The notes beneath the pieces were generated by a model. It worked only from the letters and a program-made list of their open reading frames with translations. It searched no databases and was not told the origin of the DNA. A program made the translations under genes and the position numbers. Source: Lama glama (taxonomy: Eukaryota). Taken from it: a stretch of 64,000 nucleotides of DNA. Every line of letters begins with the position of its first letter. The first letter of the stretch is position 1. Below are positions 53,242 to 64,000 of the stretch, in pieces. The stretch covers positions 64,482,001-64,546,000 of the forward strand of contig CM052817.1 of the NCBI GenBank assembly GCA_028534125.1, written 5' to 3'.

Positions 53242-56200
53242 AAAAAATTCTCTATGATAAAGATGGAGCAACTCACAGCTATCAGAAGAGCAAGGGAATT
53301 TCCAATAGTAGCAGAGAAGTAAAAGAAAAAATTACCATTGCCAAAACAACTATTTCACAGGTTCCTTGTTACGCCCAGGGCTGCTGGTACTTCCACTATA
53401 TTCTCAACTTTATATAAATTAAATACAATACTTTTTTTTAAGTTTTTGCATAGAATTTTCTATCCAAATAGGATTGAGGTTACATAATTCATTTAACATT
53501 TTATTCTCCAAGAAACTTTCACGTGTAAACTATGTCTCTTTCTAAATTGGACTTCTGTAACTGAAATAATTAAACATAATATAAATTAAAAGTATAAAAT
53601 GAAGTGAAATTTAAAATGTAGACACCAGAACCGAATTTGTTTGGTTTACAAATGAACTTTGATAAACTGGGTTCTTTCTTAGAGCAAAAACAAGCATATT
53701 AATTTGCAAGGTCTGCTTGTCAATCAATAGACTTTGGTTAGCAAAAAAACACTGAATGATATAATGACATATTTGTCAATATGTATTTAACACTTATTTA
53801 CTTTTAATAAACTCTTTGCAATACAAAACATGTTTCTAAAGGATAAAAAAGGAAACACTGGATCAGTTGACTAAGTTGATTCCACTTATGAAACTAATGT
53901 ACAGGCTAAAAAAGATACACTGTAAAAAGAAGTAAAATTATACATCTTCATTTTAACTAAAGAAACCAAAATCTCTTACTACTGAAAGAACTACAAGTCA
54001 AAAAAACAGCCCAATGAAGAATGGAGAATGAAGATAACAGCTACCAAAAAAACACCACCCATTGGAGGACGCGAGATGGCCTGCCATCTTTACCAACTAA
54101 TATGAAGACTAACTTTCATCTAACCACAAAATTTTGACCTAGCCACAATTCAAATACCAAAAGTATAACAGGAGAGCATTGTTTATCCCAATGTTCAAAA
54201 TTCTGCCACTTTAAGAGGTAAAACGCTTCCTTTAATTTGCCTTTCAAGCTTCTCAACAAATTACTGTAAGCCACATCTTAAATTAACTGATATTATACAA
54301 ACACTTGAGAATCACACAACTATCGAACTGAAATGACTGATATTTTATGTAATTGCCATAAATAAAAGTTCCCTGAATGCCTACAAAGATGGAACAAGCA
54401 GGAAAAACTCATGACTCTTTCGGTGCTTACAATTATGCCCAGCAAAAAAGCAGCAAGAAAAAGGAAAAACACACAAGCTAGTTGAAACAGCAATGAACAA
54501 ATATACTTTCTGCAGGCTTTCACAGGGAATACCTCAATTGCAACAAATACTAATCAGCTGCTTTAATTTAAAAAATCCCACTATTTAGAACTCAAAAATT
54601 GACTAACCTGTAGACAAAGGTGCATTAAAAGTACCCCAAAATTTGCATTTTAACTAAAAATGAACAAATACTATTTTACATGCACCCTCAAACTACAATA
54701 GTTTCAACATGGCTTTCCACTTGCACACTCTAGGTTTTTAGGTTCCCTACTCCCCAAATTTAAACGCAGTATTCCAATCTCCCAGGAGTCAGCACTAGAA
54801 AGAATACTATAGTGTATCACTGACCACATCACTGGAAATTAAGCGCCTAGCTGCAGTGAACAAGGTATAGAATCACATTTTGTGTAACTTTGTATCCTAA
54901 AGAACACTTGGTACAAGGTCCTAAACATACCAGGCGCTATAAATATTTACTGACTCAAAACAGTCCTTCAACACTTTGTAGTTTTGTTCCCCACTACTGA
55001 AACAAAAACTGCATAGCTTTGCAAAACCCAAAGGACCCAAATGTTACTGAAACGTCACAGAATACATTGTTTTATGGTTCAGAAGTTTCGCCTTGCCCCT
55101 ATCACCAGTTGTAACGTTTTTTAAAGACGCTAGCAACAATGAGTAGGAAAGTTTATCCAGGCAGAAGCAGACTTCAAAGCCCACTAAAAGTATTTTAAGT
55201 TAAAAGTTTACGTATTTATCTTTTATCTGTTTAACATTAACATTCTAAAATCAGTAAATTGTATCAGCAACTCAAGAGACAGTTTTGCAGTCAACCTAAT
55301 CTCCAGGAATATAAATATAAATGGTACGAATTAAAGAACAAGTAACCAAGCAGGAAAGCTGCCTAAATTCCGGCAACAAGGTAAGGACTGTTTACATCAA
55401 AGTAATGAAAAATACAAAAATACATTTTTGTATTCTATAGACCTTTTCATGACTCGTTTTTAAAAGTCTTTAAAAAGTCAAAGCAAACTGATCAGCCATA
55501 CCAAAACCACAAACTACCATTAGATACGCAAAAGTATCTGGCAACCAGGTCTAGAACTGGTTCCAGGGTTATCAACGGTTTTCTGGTTCTTAACATACTC
55601 CATCGTGCCTACAAAACAGTATTACTCAGATGTGACATTCCTAAAATGGCAACACAGGCCTAGAAGTTTCGGTGAGCCAGTGCCGGCAAACCCAAACTGT
55701 GACAGAGATACTCTCTCCTTTGGGCGGTAACTATCAACTTTGGGCTCTGGGATCAGTTCAAAAAGTTTAAGATGGTGCTTAAATTGGGAGTGTAACAGTA
55801 GAGTCAGTAGAACAGACAAAGAGGAAATCAAATGGAAAATTAAGTTTAAAGGTTAAGTTTCTATTTCCAATAAACTGTCTGAGAAATCTTCCAGATAATA
55901 AAGACTTGATATAACAGATGGCTCTAGGCCTGTTCGCATTCTCTGAGGCGTGCGCACTGCTCGGAAAGGATGAATGAATGGAAGACTGTCGCGTGTGAAA
56001 TGCAGCAGGTCCGGCCGGCAACCAGACCGGCAGCAGCGATCAGTAGGCCTCGCTCCTCCCCCTTCCCTCCTCCATGACAGCCCAGTCTCAAGCATGGAGG
56101 GGCGAGGACAATGTGATTCCTTCTAACCACCACCCACCCTTCATCCTACTCTCAGCTTTACCGCAAGACACGGAGTTCTCCTCCCCACACCAAACCTTTC

Positions 56201-56881
56201 TCGCTTCCAACCCCGGCAACTCTCGGACGCGCTGGAGTAACATGTGCTCGCCCTTCTCGGCTCCCCTCGGCGAGGTCGAAGCTTCTCCGCGCGTGCCGCG
56301 GCACCACTCCCGCCCAGCCCATCCTCTGGCAACGCGCGCCCACCGGCTCCCTGGCCCACCGGCCTACGGAAACCCCGCGCGCGCCCCGCACCCGAGCCCC
56401 TGGGTTACAGCTCGGGAGGGAGAGAGGGAATGGGACAGGAAAAGGCTGCCCCGGGGTTCCCTCCTCCATCCCATTCCAGGCCAGCTCGCCGCCCACCCTG
56501 CCTGCGGATTCCGGCGCCCGCCCGGAACCGGCCCCGCGCCCTGCTACCCCGAAAACACAATTCCCACACACCTAGCCCAGGCCCCGGATCACCCTTCACT
56601 CTTGTAGACCCCTCGCTGCTCCGCAAGAGGCACCGCGCCGCCCCTCCCCCACCCCTCTCCCCGGGCCCTCGGGCCCCCACCAGAACGTGTGCTCTACACG
56701 CCGTCGCGGCCAGCCTCCGGGGCGCCCCCAGTTGTCCGCCGAGAAGTCAGGCCCAAGAAGAGGGGGAGGGGGTGGCAAGGGGTAGCGTGCGCGCCGGGAA
56801 CGCCGTCCCGCGGGGTCCCCCAGTCCGAAGGGAGACGGAGCGCGGGGACCGGTGGGGGTGGGGGCCAAAGGCAATACTCAC

Positions 56882-56899
56882 CGGTTCCACAGTCGCCAT
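56882..56899 (-). CDS. EIF4E: eIF4E coding exon 1 (MATVEP)
   Basis: Minus strand reads AAG ATG GCG ACT GTG GAA CCG | GTGAGT: strong Kozak context, consensus donor, 18 nt, phase 0. Confidence 0.96.
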
Positions 56900-56931
56900 C
56901 TTAGATCGATCTGATCGCACAACCGCTTCTG

Positions 56932-57139
56932 AAGGGGGGGTGAGAGAAAAAAAATGAGATTCAAACCGGATTGGCCGGCTACTGTTCACGTGACGGACGT
57001 GTCCGTTTGGCCCTGGCGGCGCCTGCGCAAGACTGCGGCTGCGTGTGTAACGAGAGGCTTCTGGGAAGTGGAGTCTCTCTGTCTCTCGCTTTTTTTTTTT
57101 AAGTAGAGAAGTTTTTAAAAAAAAAGGACTGGTCACGTG
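56932..57139 (-). promoter_or_regulatory. TATA-less EIF4E proximal promoter: 4EBE-like C7 element, CCAAT box, two CACGTG E-boxes, NRF1 and ETS motifs
   Basis: TCACCCCCCCTT (minus) 56932-56943; CCAAT (minus) 56970-56974; CACGTG 56987-56992 and 57134-57139; GCGCCTGCGCA 57019-57029; GGAAGT 57064-57069. Consistent with the known MYC-responsive two-E-box EIF4E promoter. Confidence 0.85.
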
Positions 57140-58698
57140 GCCGAGGGGTATGGTTCGCGGTTCTCGGAGCGGCGGACACTCGCGTGCTGAAGAGTGGTTT
57201 TTCAGTCCTCTGCTCTTCCGCCTGGATAGCTGCTGTCTCACTTACTACCAGGCATGCCTCCTGTGCCCTTTGTCGTCCTGTCCTCCCATCTTCCGCGGAA
57301 GGTTGGGAACTGTAGGCTCAGCACGCACAATAAGGCTTCATTTGCTTAGTTGAGGTCCTAGAAGTTGCCTGTGTGCTTATTTAATTTTCTTTTGACTTCC
57401 CACCATTTTCTCTGTTTCAAAAAGAGGCGGTGATGGAGAATCGTTAAGCAGTCAACCCTCCCCCGTCCCCCGGCTCCGCTAACGCTGGTGGTCACTCATT
57501 GCCATCGCTGTGAAAAAGGGTGGCGGAACTGCCCACAGTACCCACTTGCCACAGGTGGGGGGAGGGGGAGTGCACCCGACAGCTTTTCCTGTTCCAAATC
57601 CTGAGATTAAGACCTCAGAGCCTAAATCTTGCGTGGAAGTAAAAATTATTTAAACGTTCTGTCCTCTCGGTTCCACTGTCTGTTTTAACGTGAACGGAAA
57701 TAGCCCAAGTCCAGGTGCCAGCCAGGGAAGCCACTCCGGCCCCCGCTGACTAAGCCCTGGACTGACCGTCAGGGGTCGTTAGGCCGGGTCAACTATGACT
57801 CTTGACGTTGACTCATTCTCCTTAAGCTAGTGACTTAATCTTTCAGTGCCTCAGCTTTTTCATTTATAAACCGCGGATGGTAATACACTTACCTCACAAG
57901 GGTGTGCTGTGGTAATGACTGTAATCAGCTTTGAAAATGCATCGTACTCTATAAATGCTTCATAATAAGCAACCTCGTGCCTTTCTAAGATCAGCTGCTT
58001 CCCCTGCTGTTTTTTTAAAACAATATTAAAAGTTTTTCTTTTGTGTACTTTGTTATATTATCATGTATACCAATGCAATTTTAAAGTTTCAAGACAATTT
58101 TGTTCTTTATAACTAGCTACTCTCTGTAGAGGCTTTAATATTTAAGAAAATATTGTTATATTCACAACAATCACTAGCAGCTAGAAATTTATCCCTACAG
58201 TGGCATTCTACATTTCCTTTCTCTTTAAGAGACTGTGGTGTCATTTCTCAAGACAGTGTTTTTCTGCACAATCTGGTTACTAATACAAAAAACAGAGGTA
58301 ACGAAATCTAGTAGAGAGCTGCCGTAAGGTTTTAATGATGAAGACATTGTATCACTATTTTCCATACTTCTTAATGATGGTAACACCAGAAAAATCAGTA
58401 TGAACAGGCCACCTGTGCTTGCCTGCTTATAGTGTTGCTGATGTCCAGAGCTGTGTCATACCTATTATTGAGTACATAATGGTTGCTTGAGTTGACTAAC
58501 ACATAATTGAGGTTGTAATAAGAACTCAAAACCATTGCCTGTTCATATACTTTGATTCACCTGGATGTCAGAGATGATTAATGAAAGCTTTTGTCCAGTC
58601 AGCTTAGCTCTAGTAGGTTTAAAGTAAATAGAACTCTAAAAAATAAAATGAAATGAAATAAATAAATAAATGGATTTCTATTTACAGAGACTACCTAC

Positions 58699-58880
58699 TC
58701 TTTTTTTTTTTAATTGAAGTATGGTTTACTTACAATGTGTTAGTTCCTGGTGTATAGCATAGTGATTTAGTTATATATATATATATATGAATATATATAT
58801 ATATTCTTTTTCATTATAGGTTATTACAAGAAATTGAATATAGGTTCCTGTGCTATAAAGTAGGACCTTGTTGTTTATCT
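58699..58880 (-). mobile_element. L1 3'-terminal fragment
   Basis: T-tract then aattgaagtat...taggaccttgttgtttatct; duplication CAGAGACTAYCTAC at 58685-58698 and 58881-58894. Confidence 0.85.
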
Positions 58881-59802
58881 CAGAGACTATCTACCCTAAG
58901 TTAAACTATCCAAAGTAATTATACTCTGTCACAGTGATATTCTCTGTTGATTAAAAGTAGTATCTGGTTATCTTCTTTAGGGAGACAGTATAGATGTATT
59001 ATCTTCCTGATGCTGCTAGACAATAGAGCAAAGAGATTTAAATTTTTAAGAGATTTCAATCCCCATGAAGAACTGAAAACCACTGATGTTCCTAAAAAAT
59101 TTTTTAATGGTACCTTCCATTTTATGAACTTTTCTCTTGATCAGAAAACACTTCATTTTTGTCAGTCACCCTAGGACTTCTACAATACATCTATATGCTC
59201 CTATTCTCTACAGCTTAATTTCTTTCCATTTTGGATACACTTTGTCACATGTGTTTTATAACACAATGTGTCTGTCTAATATTATCATTAGATTCTATCA
59301 TGTCAAAGATTTAGTGATTAGATATATCTCTGTGGGTAGATGATTGTTTTATTTTGACCAATCTGAAATATACAGAGCAGAAATTTTATACTTTATTAAT
59401 CTATTAATCCACAAAAAATACATTTGTTACATCACTACCTTATTTGTGCCTGTATTAAAGAAAGGATAATAAAAGGATATTTGAAATGGGATATGGTATT
59501 GAAATACTTATTTCAATATTTATACTCTACTTGATTGAATTATCTAGTTAATACATAACTAGTGGCCCAGCACAGTATCATGGTAACAGTTATTTATAAG
59601 CCTGGAATTGTTGGTTATCATTTAGCATCTGTAATTAGTCATGGTCTTTTCTTTACATAACATATTCCTGAAGCTCATATATTACTAGTCTTCATAGATT
59701 TAACTCAAGCTAAAAAGGCTTTAAGTAATTTAATAGAATACATCATAATAAAAACACATTTTTATCATGTATTTTGTCATTGGAATTTCATTTAGGTTTT
59801 CT

Positions 59803-59982
59803 TTCCTTTTTTTTGTTTTGTTTTTTTTGTTTGTTTTCTTTCCTTTTTGTTTTGTTTGTTTGTTTTGGTAGGGTGAGGGTAATTAGGTTTATTTATTTAT
59901 TTTTAATGGAGCTATGGGATATTGAACCCAGGACCTTGTGCATGCTAGGCAAGTACTCTACCACTGAACTGTACCCTCCTCC
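59803..59982 (-). mobile_element. tRNA-Ala-derived camelid SINE (vic-1 type)
   Basis: Perfect 15-bp duplication TCATTTAGGTTTTCT at 59788-59802 and 59983-59997; tRNA-like head and (TTTG)n tail. Confidence 0.88.
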
Positions 59983-60511
59983 TCATTTAGGTTTTCTAGA
60001 TAGCCAAAGTCATTGTTTTGCTAGGCATTGTTGAACTATGGTTCAAACTGATCAGTCTCTCAAAAATATTACTGTGATCAGTCCCTCAAAATATTACTGC
60101 TACATTGTTTAAGACTTTTTTTTTTAAAAAAAAAACAGGCCTTGGAATTTCAGACATTTTATTTAGATTTGATGCCTTTTGAGTCTCTGATTAGTAGTAG
60201 GCAACCATTTTTCTTAAAATGAGTCAGTTTTGAGACTGATAATATGAAATTATATATTTTTATATAATGATCCCTAGTATTTAATGTTGGGTATTAACTT
60301 TAGATATAATCTAAACCAACCTCTAGTTAACATTAACATTTTTTTAAACCTTTTTCACTCTCTTTTTAAACTTGGTTATACTACTTTATATATCTGTATC
60401 TATATCTATGTATATTTTCATTGTTAGTCATTTTCTACAGTGATATTCCTTTAGGAAAGACCTAAAATGTTGGCTTCTCACAGGATAAATTATCTTTTAA
60501 ATTACAATTAC

Positions 60512-60750
60512 ATAGTTTAGTATTTGAGAACATGAACTCTGATGTCAAATTATTTTGGCTCATAATCCCAATTCTACCATTTACTGTGTGACCATACACA
60601 GATTATTTAACCTCTTTGTGCCTCATTTTTGTCACGAGTTAGATGGGCACAATAATAGCACTTACCTTGTACGTTACTGTGAGAAATGAGTTAATTCATG
60701 TAACTTGCTTGCAGTAGTTCTTAGAACATAATAAGCACTCAATGTTAACT
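60512..60750 (+). mobile_element. MIR SINE
   Basis: ctgtgtgacc...ttatttaacctctttgtgcctca...ataagcactcaatg. Confidence 0.7.
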
Positions 60751-63700
60751 CTAGTTACCATGATGTAATATTCTATTAACATAAATTTATTTGTATTTTT
60801 CAGTATAGTGTAATAGGTTTAAGAAATCTATGCAGAGAACCAACTTCTGCCCATTATCTTTAGGATATTCTAAGCTTTCAGAGCCAAGCAACCTTTACTG
60901 ATTTCTTATAACATACCAAGGATTTTTCATACTGATTAATTCCTTTGACCTTTGTAACAAATATGTGAATTAAACATTATCACCCCTATTCTATAAAGAA
61001 ACAGATTCAGTAAAGTTAGGGGACACAGGCAAGTCCACATAGCCAGTGGTGAGCCAGAATTCAATCCCAATTCTCTTTGCTCCAAGATTCTTTCCTCCAT
61101 ACCACAACTGTTTTCTCCGATAGGGTCTTCCAAATGCCTGTTTCTAATACTTCTAACACTAAGTTCATTCATGAAACTGACAGTTCAAGAAGTACTAAGT
61201 TAATCATTGGAAAGATATAATTGTTGAAGGATATTTAGAGGACATGGGAAGCCCAGGCACATCCTTTCTGGACTGTAAAATCTGCTTGGCATCCTAAGTC
61301 CTATGAATATAAATAGTTCACCACCCATATAAAGATGTGTGACTAAGAACCAAAAGAGTGCAGCTAACAAGCATCATAACAAGCACTCATTCACCAGATG
61401 ATTGACACACTCACTTCGTTTCTTCCTTCCTTTCATTCAGATCTCTGTTCCTCTGTCTCCTGAGGGAAGGATTCCTGGACCACCCTATCTAAATTAGCAT
61501 GCTCATTACTCTTTATCCCCTTACCCTACCTTATTTTTCCTCAGATCACTTCTTAACTCTAGCTCTAAACCCAGTATTATATTAAATATTATTTAATTGT
61601 TGGTTAAATCTCCACTAGTAAAATATTAGCTCCTTGATGACTTTGTAGGTAGATTGCTAACAAATATTTGGGAAAAACCCAAATCTAACTTTAAAAACTT
61701 CACAAAAGTATAGCTTAAGGACTAATAATGTAATCGGAAAACTACGTATGCCAGGCATTATGTTAAGCAGTTTATATGCAATGGTAATACCTCATTTTAT
61801 CTTCCAAACAACATTCTGAGCTAGATGAGGTAACTGAGGTTAAATAACTTTCCCAAGAATACAGTTCTATCTTCAGGGCTCTTAACACTATATAATATTG
61901 ACTAGATTGTAATTGGACTACTTTATAAAAAAGATAATTGTCTGAAATAATAAGAAATGAATAATCTGTAAAGAGTGAGATGTGAAAAATTCATGTAAGT
62001 AGTATCCTGGGCCAACAATAAGTACTATAAATAAACTTAATTTACCTTTTAAAATTGAAATTAGGAAGAAATGAAAATATATGGGATGAGATCAATAGTC
62101 TTTAGAAAATAGCTCAAAGGATGTAAATACCCACAATTCAGACATTTGGGTAGAACTTTAGGGAGGAATGACTGGCTTTTCATTGTTACATATATGTAAC
62201 AATGCATTGAAAGAAATATAATGAGAAATAAAATGTCTAAAGAAAGAAATGTGTTAATGGGACTTGCCATTTATAAAAGGGGAATCTAGAATGACAATAT
62301 TTGATGATCTAGCTCTAGCGTTGTTCTGGGAACAGAGTGCCCTGGCACAAAAATATGGATCTCTGGTCCACTGGCCCTCATTAGTAATGGTTTCTTGCGG
62401 GCACCACCCATACAATTAATTTGCCTTGTTTTGATTCCAGGTTCACCAAGCAACCATATGATAAACATATCTTCCAGTATTGATTTATATGTATGTAGCG
62501 CTGATATGGATACCTGAATATCTAGACCATAATAGTAATATTGCTCAGAGTAAATGGCACTAAGTTTTTTAGTTTGTTTTACCTCTATGAGCTTTACCAA
62601 AAGAAAGCTACGTCTTTGGTGGCTTACCCACCATGACTGGATTTTCTGCGTGTCCTCACAATGAGATGATTCTCTGAGGAAATGGCCAGTCTAAAGGAAT
62701 TATCTGGATGGCTAATCAGCTTTCCCCAGGACTTGCCTTGTGCCTTTCTATTCCATATTTGGAGACATGTGAATTAGAAATTTCTCACTCACATGCTTCT
62801 AATTTCTAATTTTAACTTCAGAGTTGGAGAGATACCAATCCTCATTCAGGACATTGCTTAAAAACATGGGCCGTACTAAAAATCTCAGATATGACCCTGT
62901 GTGTTTCATGCAGCTAATGGAGAACCATGATTATTGTTTTGTAAAAATAAATAATAAAATAATTTTAATAATACTCCAAGAGAGCCAGTTATATATTTTT
63001 TAAAAAATGAGAAATCACTATTAAAGATGGCTATTTGGAGAGAACTTTTGTCAATTTGGTGGATAAATTTAGTACAAATTGACCCACAACATTCAGAGCT
63101 TGGAAATAGAAAGTTAGGAAACAAGGGCCATACTTGATCCTATCAGTACTGAGATGATCAGGTTTTAAGAAGGGGGAAAGGGTTTGATCCAGATATGCAT
63201 GTTACCAGACTGGATGTATTTAGCTTATAAAAAAACTGGCTTCTGGGAAATGAAAAAATACCAGGCTGGGCAGATTTATGAAACAAGTTGCTAGTTTAAT
63301 TGCCAGATGATTTATGGAACTGGCACCTTAAAAAACGTAATCTGACCTTGCTGTAAAGTTTTTCCTTATATGCTTATATGCTTTTCCCTCTGGAAGGTAA
63401 GAGAATATATTCACATGGGAGTTAAATGGGAAAACTATTTCATTTTACAACAAAATGAGATGGCAAGATAAGTAAACACAATCTTATCCCTTTACTAGAG
63501 TTTAATTTTTACATTCTGAAAGAGATTTTGGAAATATATAGGAAAATATCAGTGGAGATTATTGAAATTGAAAAACCAAGGGGAAATTATTGTTTTGTTA
63601 GTTACAAAAAACATTAGCTAAATGTAATTAAGACTTGAAAGGCAGATCAATCAACAGTACTTGAGTAAAAACATTTAAGTATTTAAGTATTTTAGCTTAT

Positions 63701-64000
63701 TATTTTGGGGGTTTTTTTGGTCTTAAAAAAGAAAGTTACATTGTATGTCAACTGTACCCAAAAAACTTTTTTTCAAAAAGCTTTAAAAGGGAATGTTATA
63801 TATAGAAAATTCATGGTATTTTCTGAACCTGATTAGGGGGTGAGGTAAAGATATTTAAAGTACTCATAAATAAACTCGGAATTATGCTATTTTGGGAGAT
63901 TAAACCAGATATCTGATAGAGGATAAGATTACTTAAAAGCCTGGTGCTTAGCTCTATTAAAAAAAAATCACACCCACACTCAGAGGGGAGTTGGTTTATT

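Larger units (their letters stand above)
29545..56925 (-). other. EIF4E: EIF4E gene span (TSS and 3' end approximate)
   Basis: Six coding exons are in the correct order and phase and translate to the recognisable eIF4E sequence. There is a CpG-island promoter at the 5' end and poly(A) signals at the 3' end. Confidence 0.95.
55930..57800. promoter_or_regulatory. CpG island over EIF4E promoter, exon 1 and proximal intron 1
   Basis: Abrupt rise in GC and CpG density against an AT-rich, CpG-depleted background. Confidence 0.92.

Noticed and set aside
31308..56899. EIF4E as a pseudogene or exon-2-less gene
   Set aside because: All visible exons, splice sites and the promoter are intact, and the missing exon coincides with an assembly gap.
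56074..57353. Long overlapping ORFs in the CpG island (237, 177, 164 and 137 aa)
   Set aside because: These are stop-poor GC-rich frames with Pro/Arg/Gly/Ala bias. Only MATVEP within the 164-aa ORF is real coding sequence, and it is followed by a consensus splice donor.
16158..59982. tRNA-like sequences at about 16.2, 21.9, 52.2 and 59.9 kb as tRNA genes
   Set aside because: They have AT-rich tails, target-site duplications and diverged tRNA-like heads, so they are SINEs.
16539..60110. Short tandem duplications (16539-16589, 22450-22470, about 44691-44726, about 60049-60099) as a CRISPR-like or coded array
   Set aside because: These are two-copy slippage duplications without spacers, ordinary in mammalian DNA.

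Overview
Mammalian genomic DNA, most likely camelid (camel, alpaca or vicuna), inferred from four tRNA-Ala-derived SINEs of vic-1 type. The window holds one recognisable protein-coding gene: EIF4E (cap-binding translation initiation factor 4E) on the minus strand. Its CpG-island promoter is at about 56.9-57.2 kb and its 3' UTR runs down to about 29.5 kb. Six of the seven canonical coding exons are visible with GT-AG boundaries and correct phases (18, 96, 64, 114, 140 and 115 nt). The 107-nt exon 2 was not found in the called sequence and most likely lies in the N-gap at 39621-40120. The rest is intronic or intergenic DNA rich in repeats (L1, L2, MIR, MaLR and ERV1 LTRs, MER DNA transposons, SINEs, microsatellites). 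The supplied ORF track is essentially spurious. I see no evidence for a new multi-gene system. The best leads are a candidate stop-containing (poison) cassette exon in EIF4E intron 1, two L1 insertions with apparent 3' transductions, a local inverted templated insertion, and MER41-like LTRs carrying STAT-type motifs. Repeat family names and human comparisons come from recognition by eye and from memory, not from database searches.
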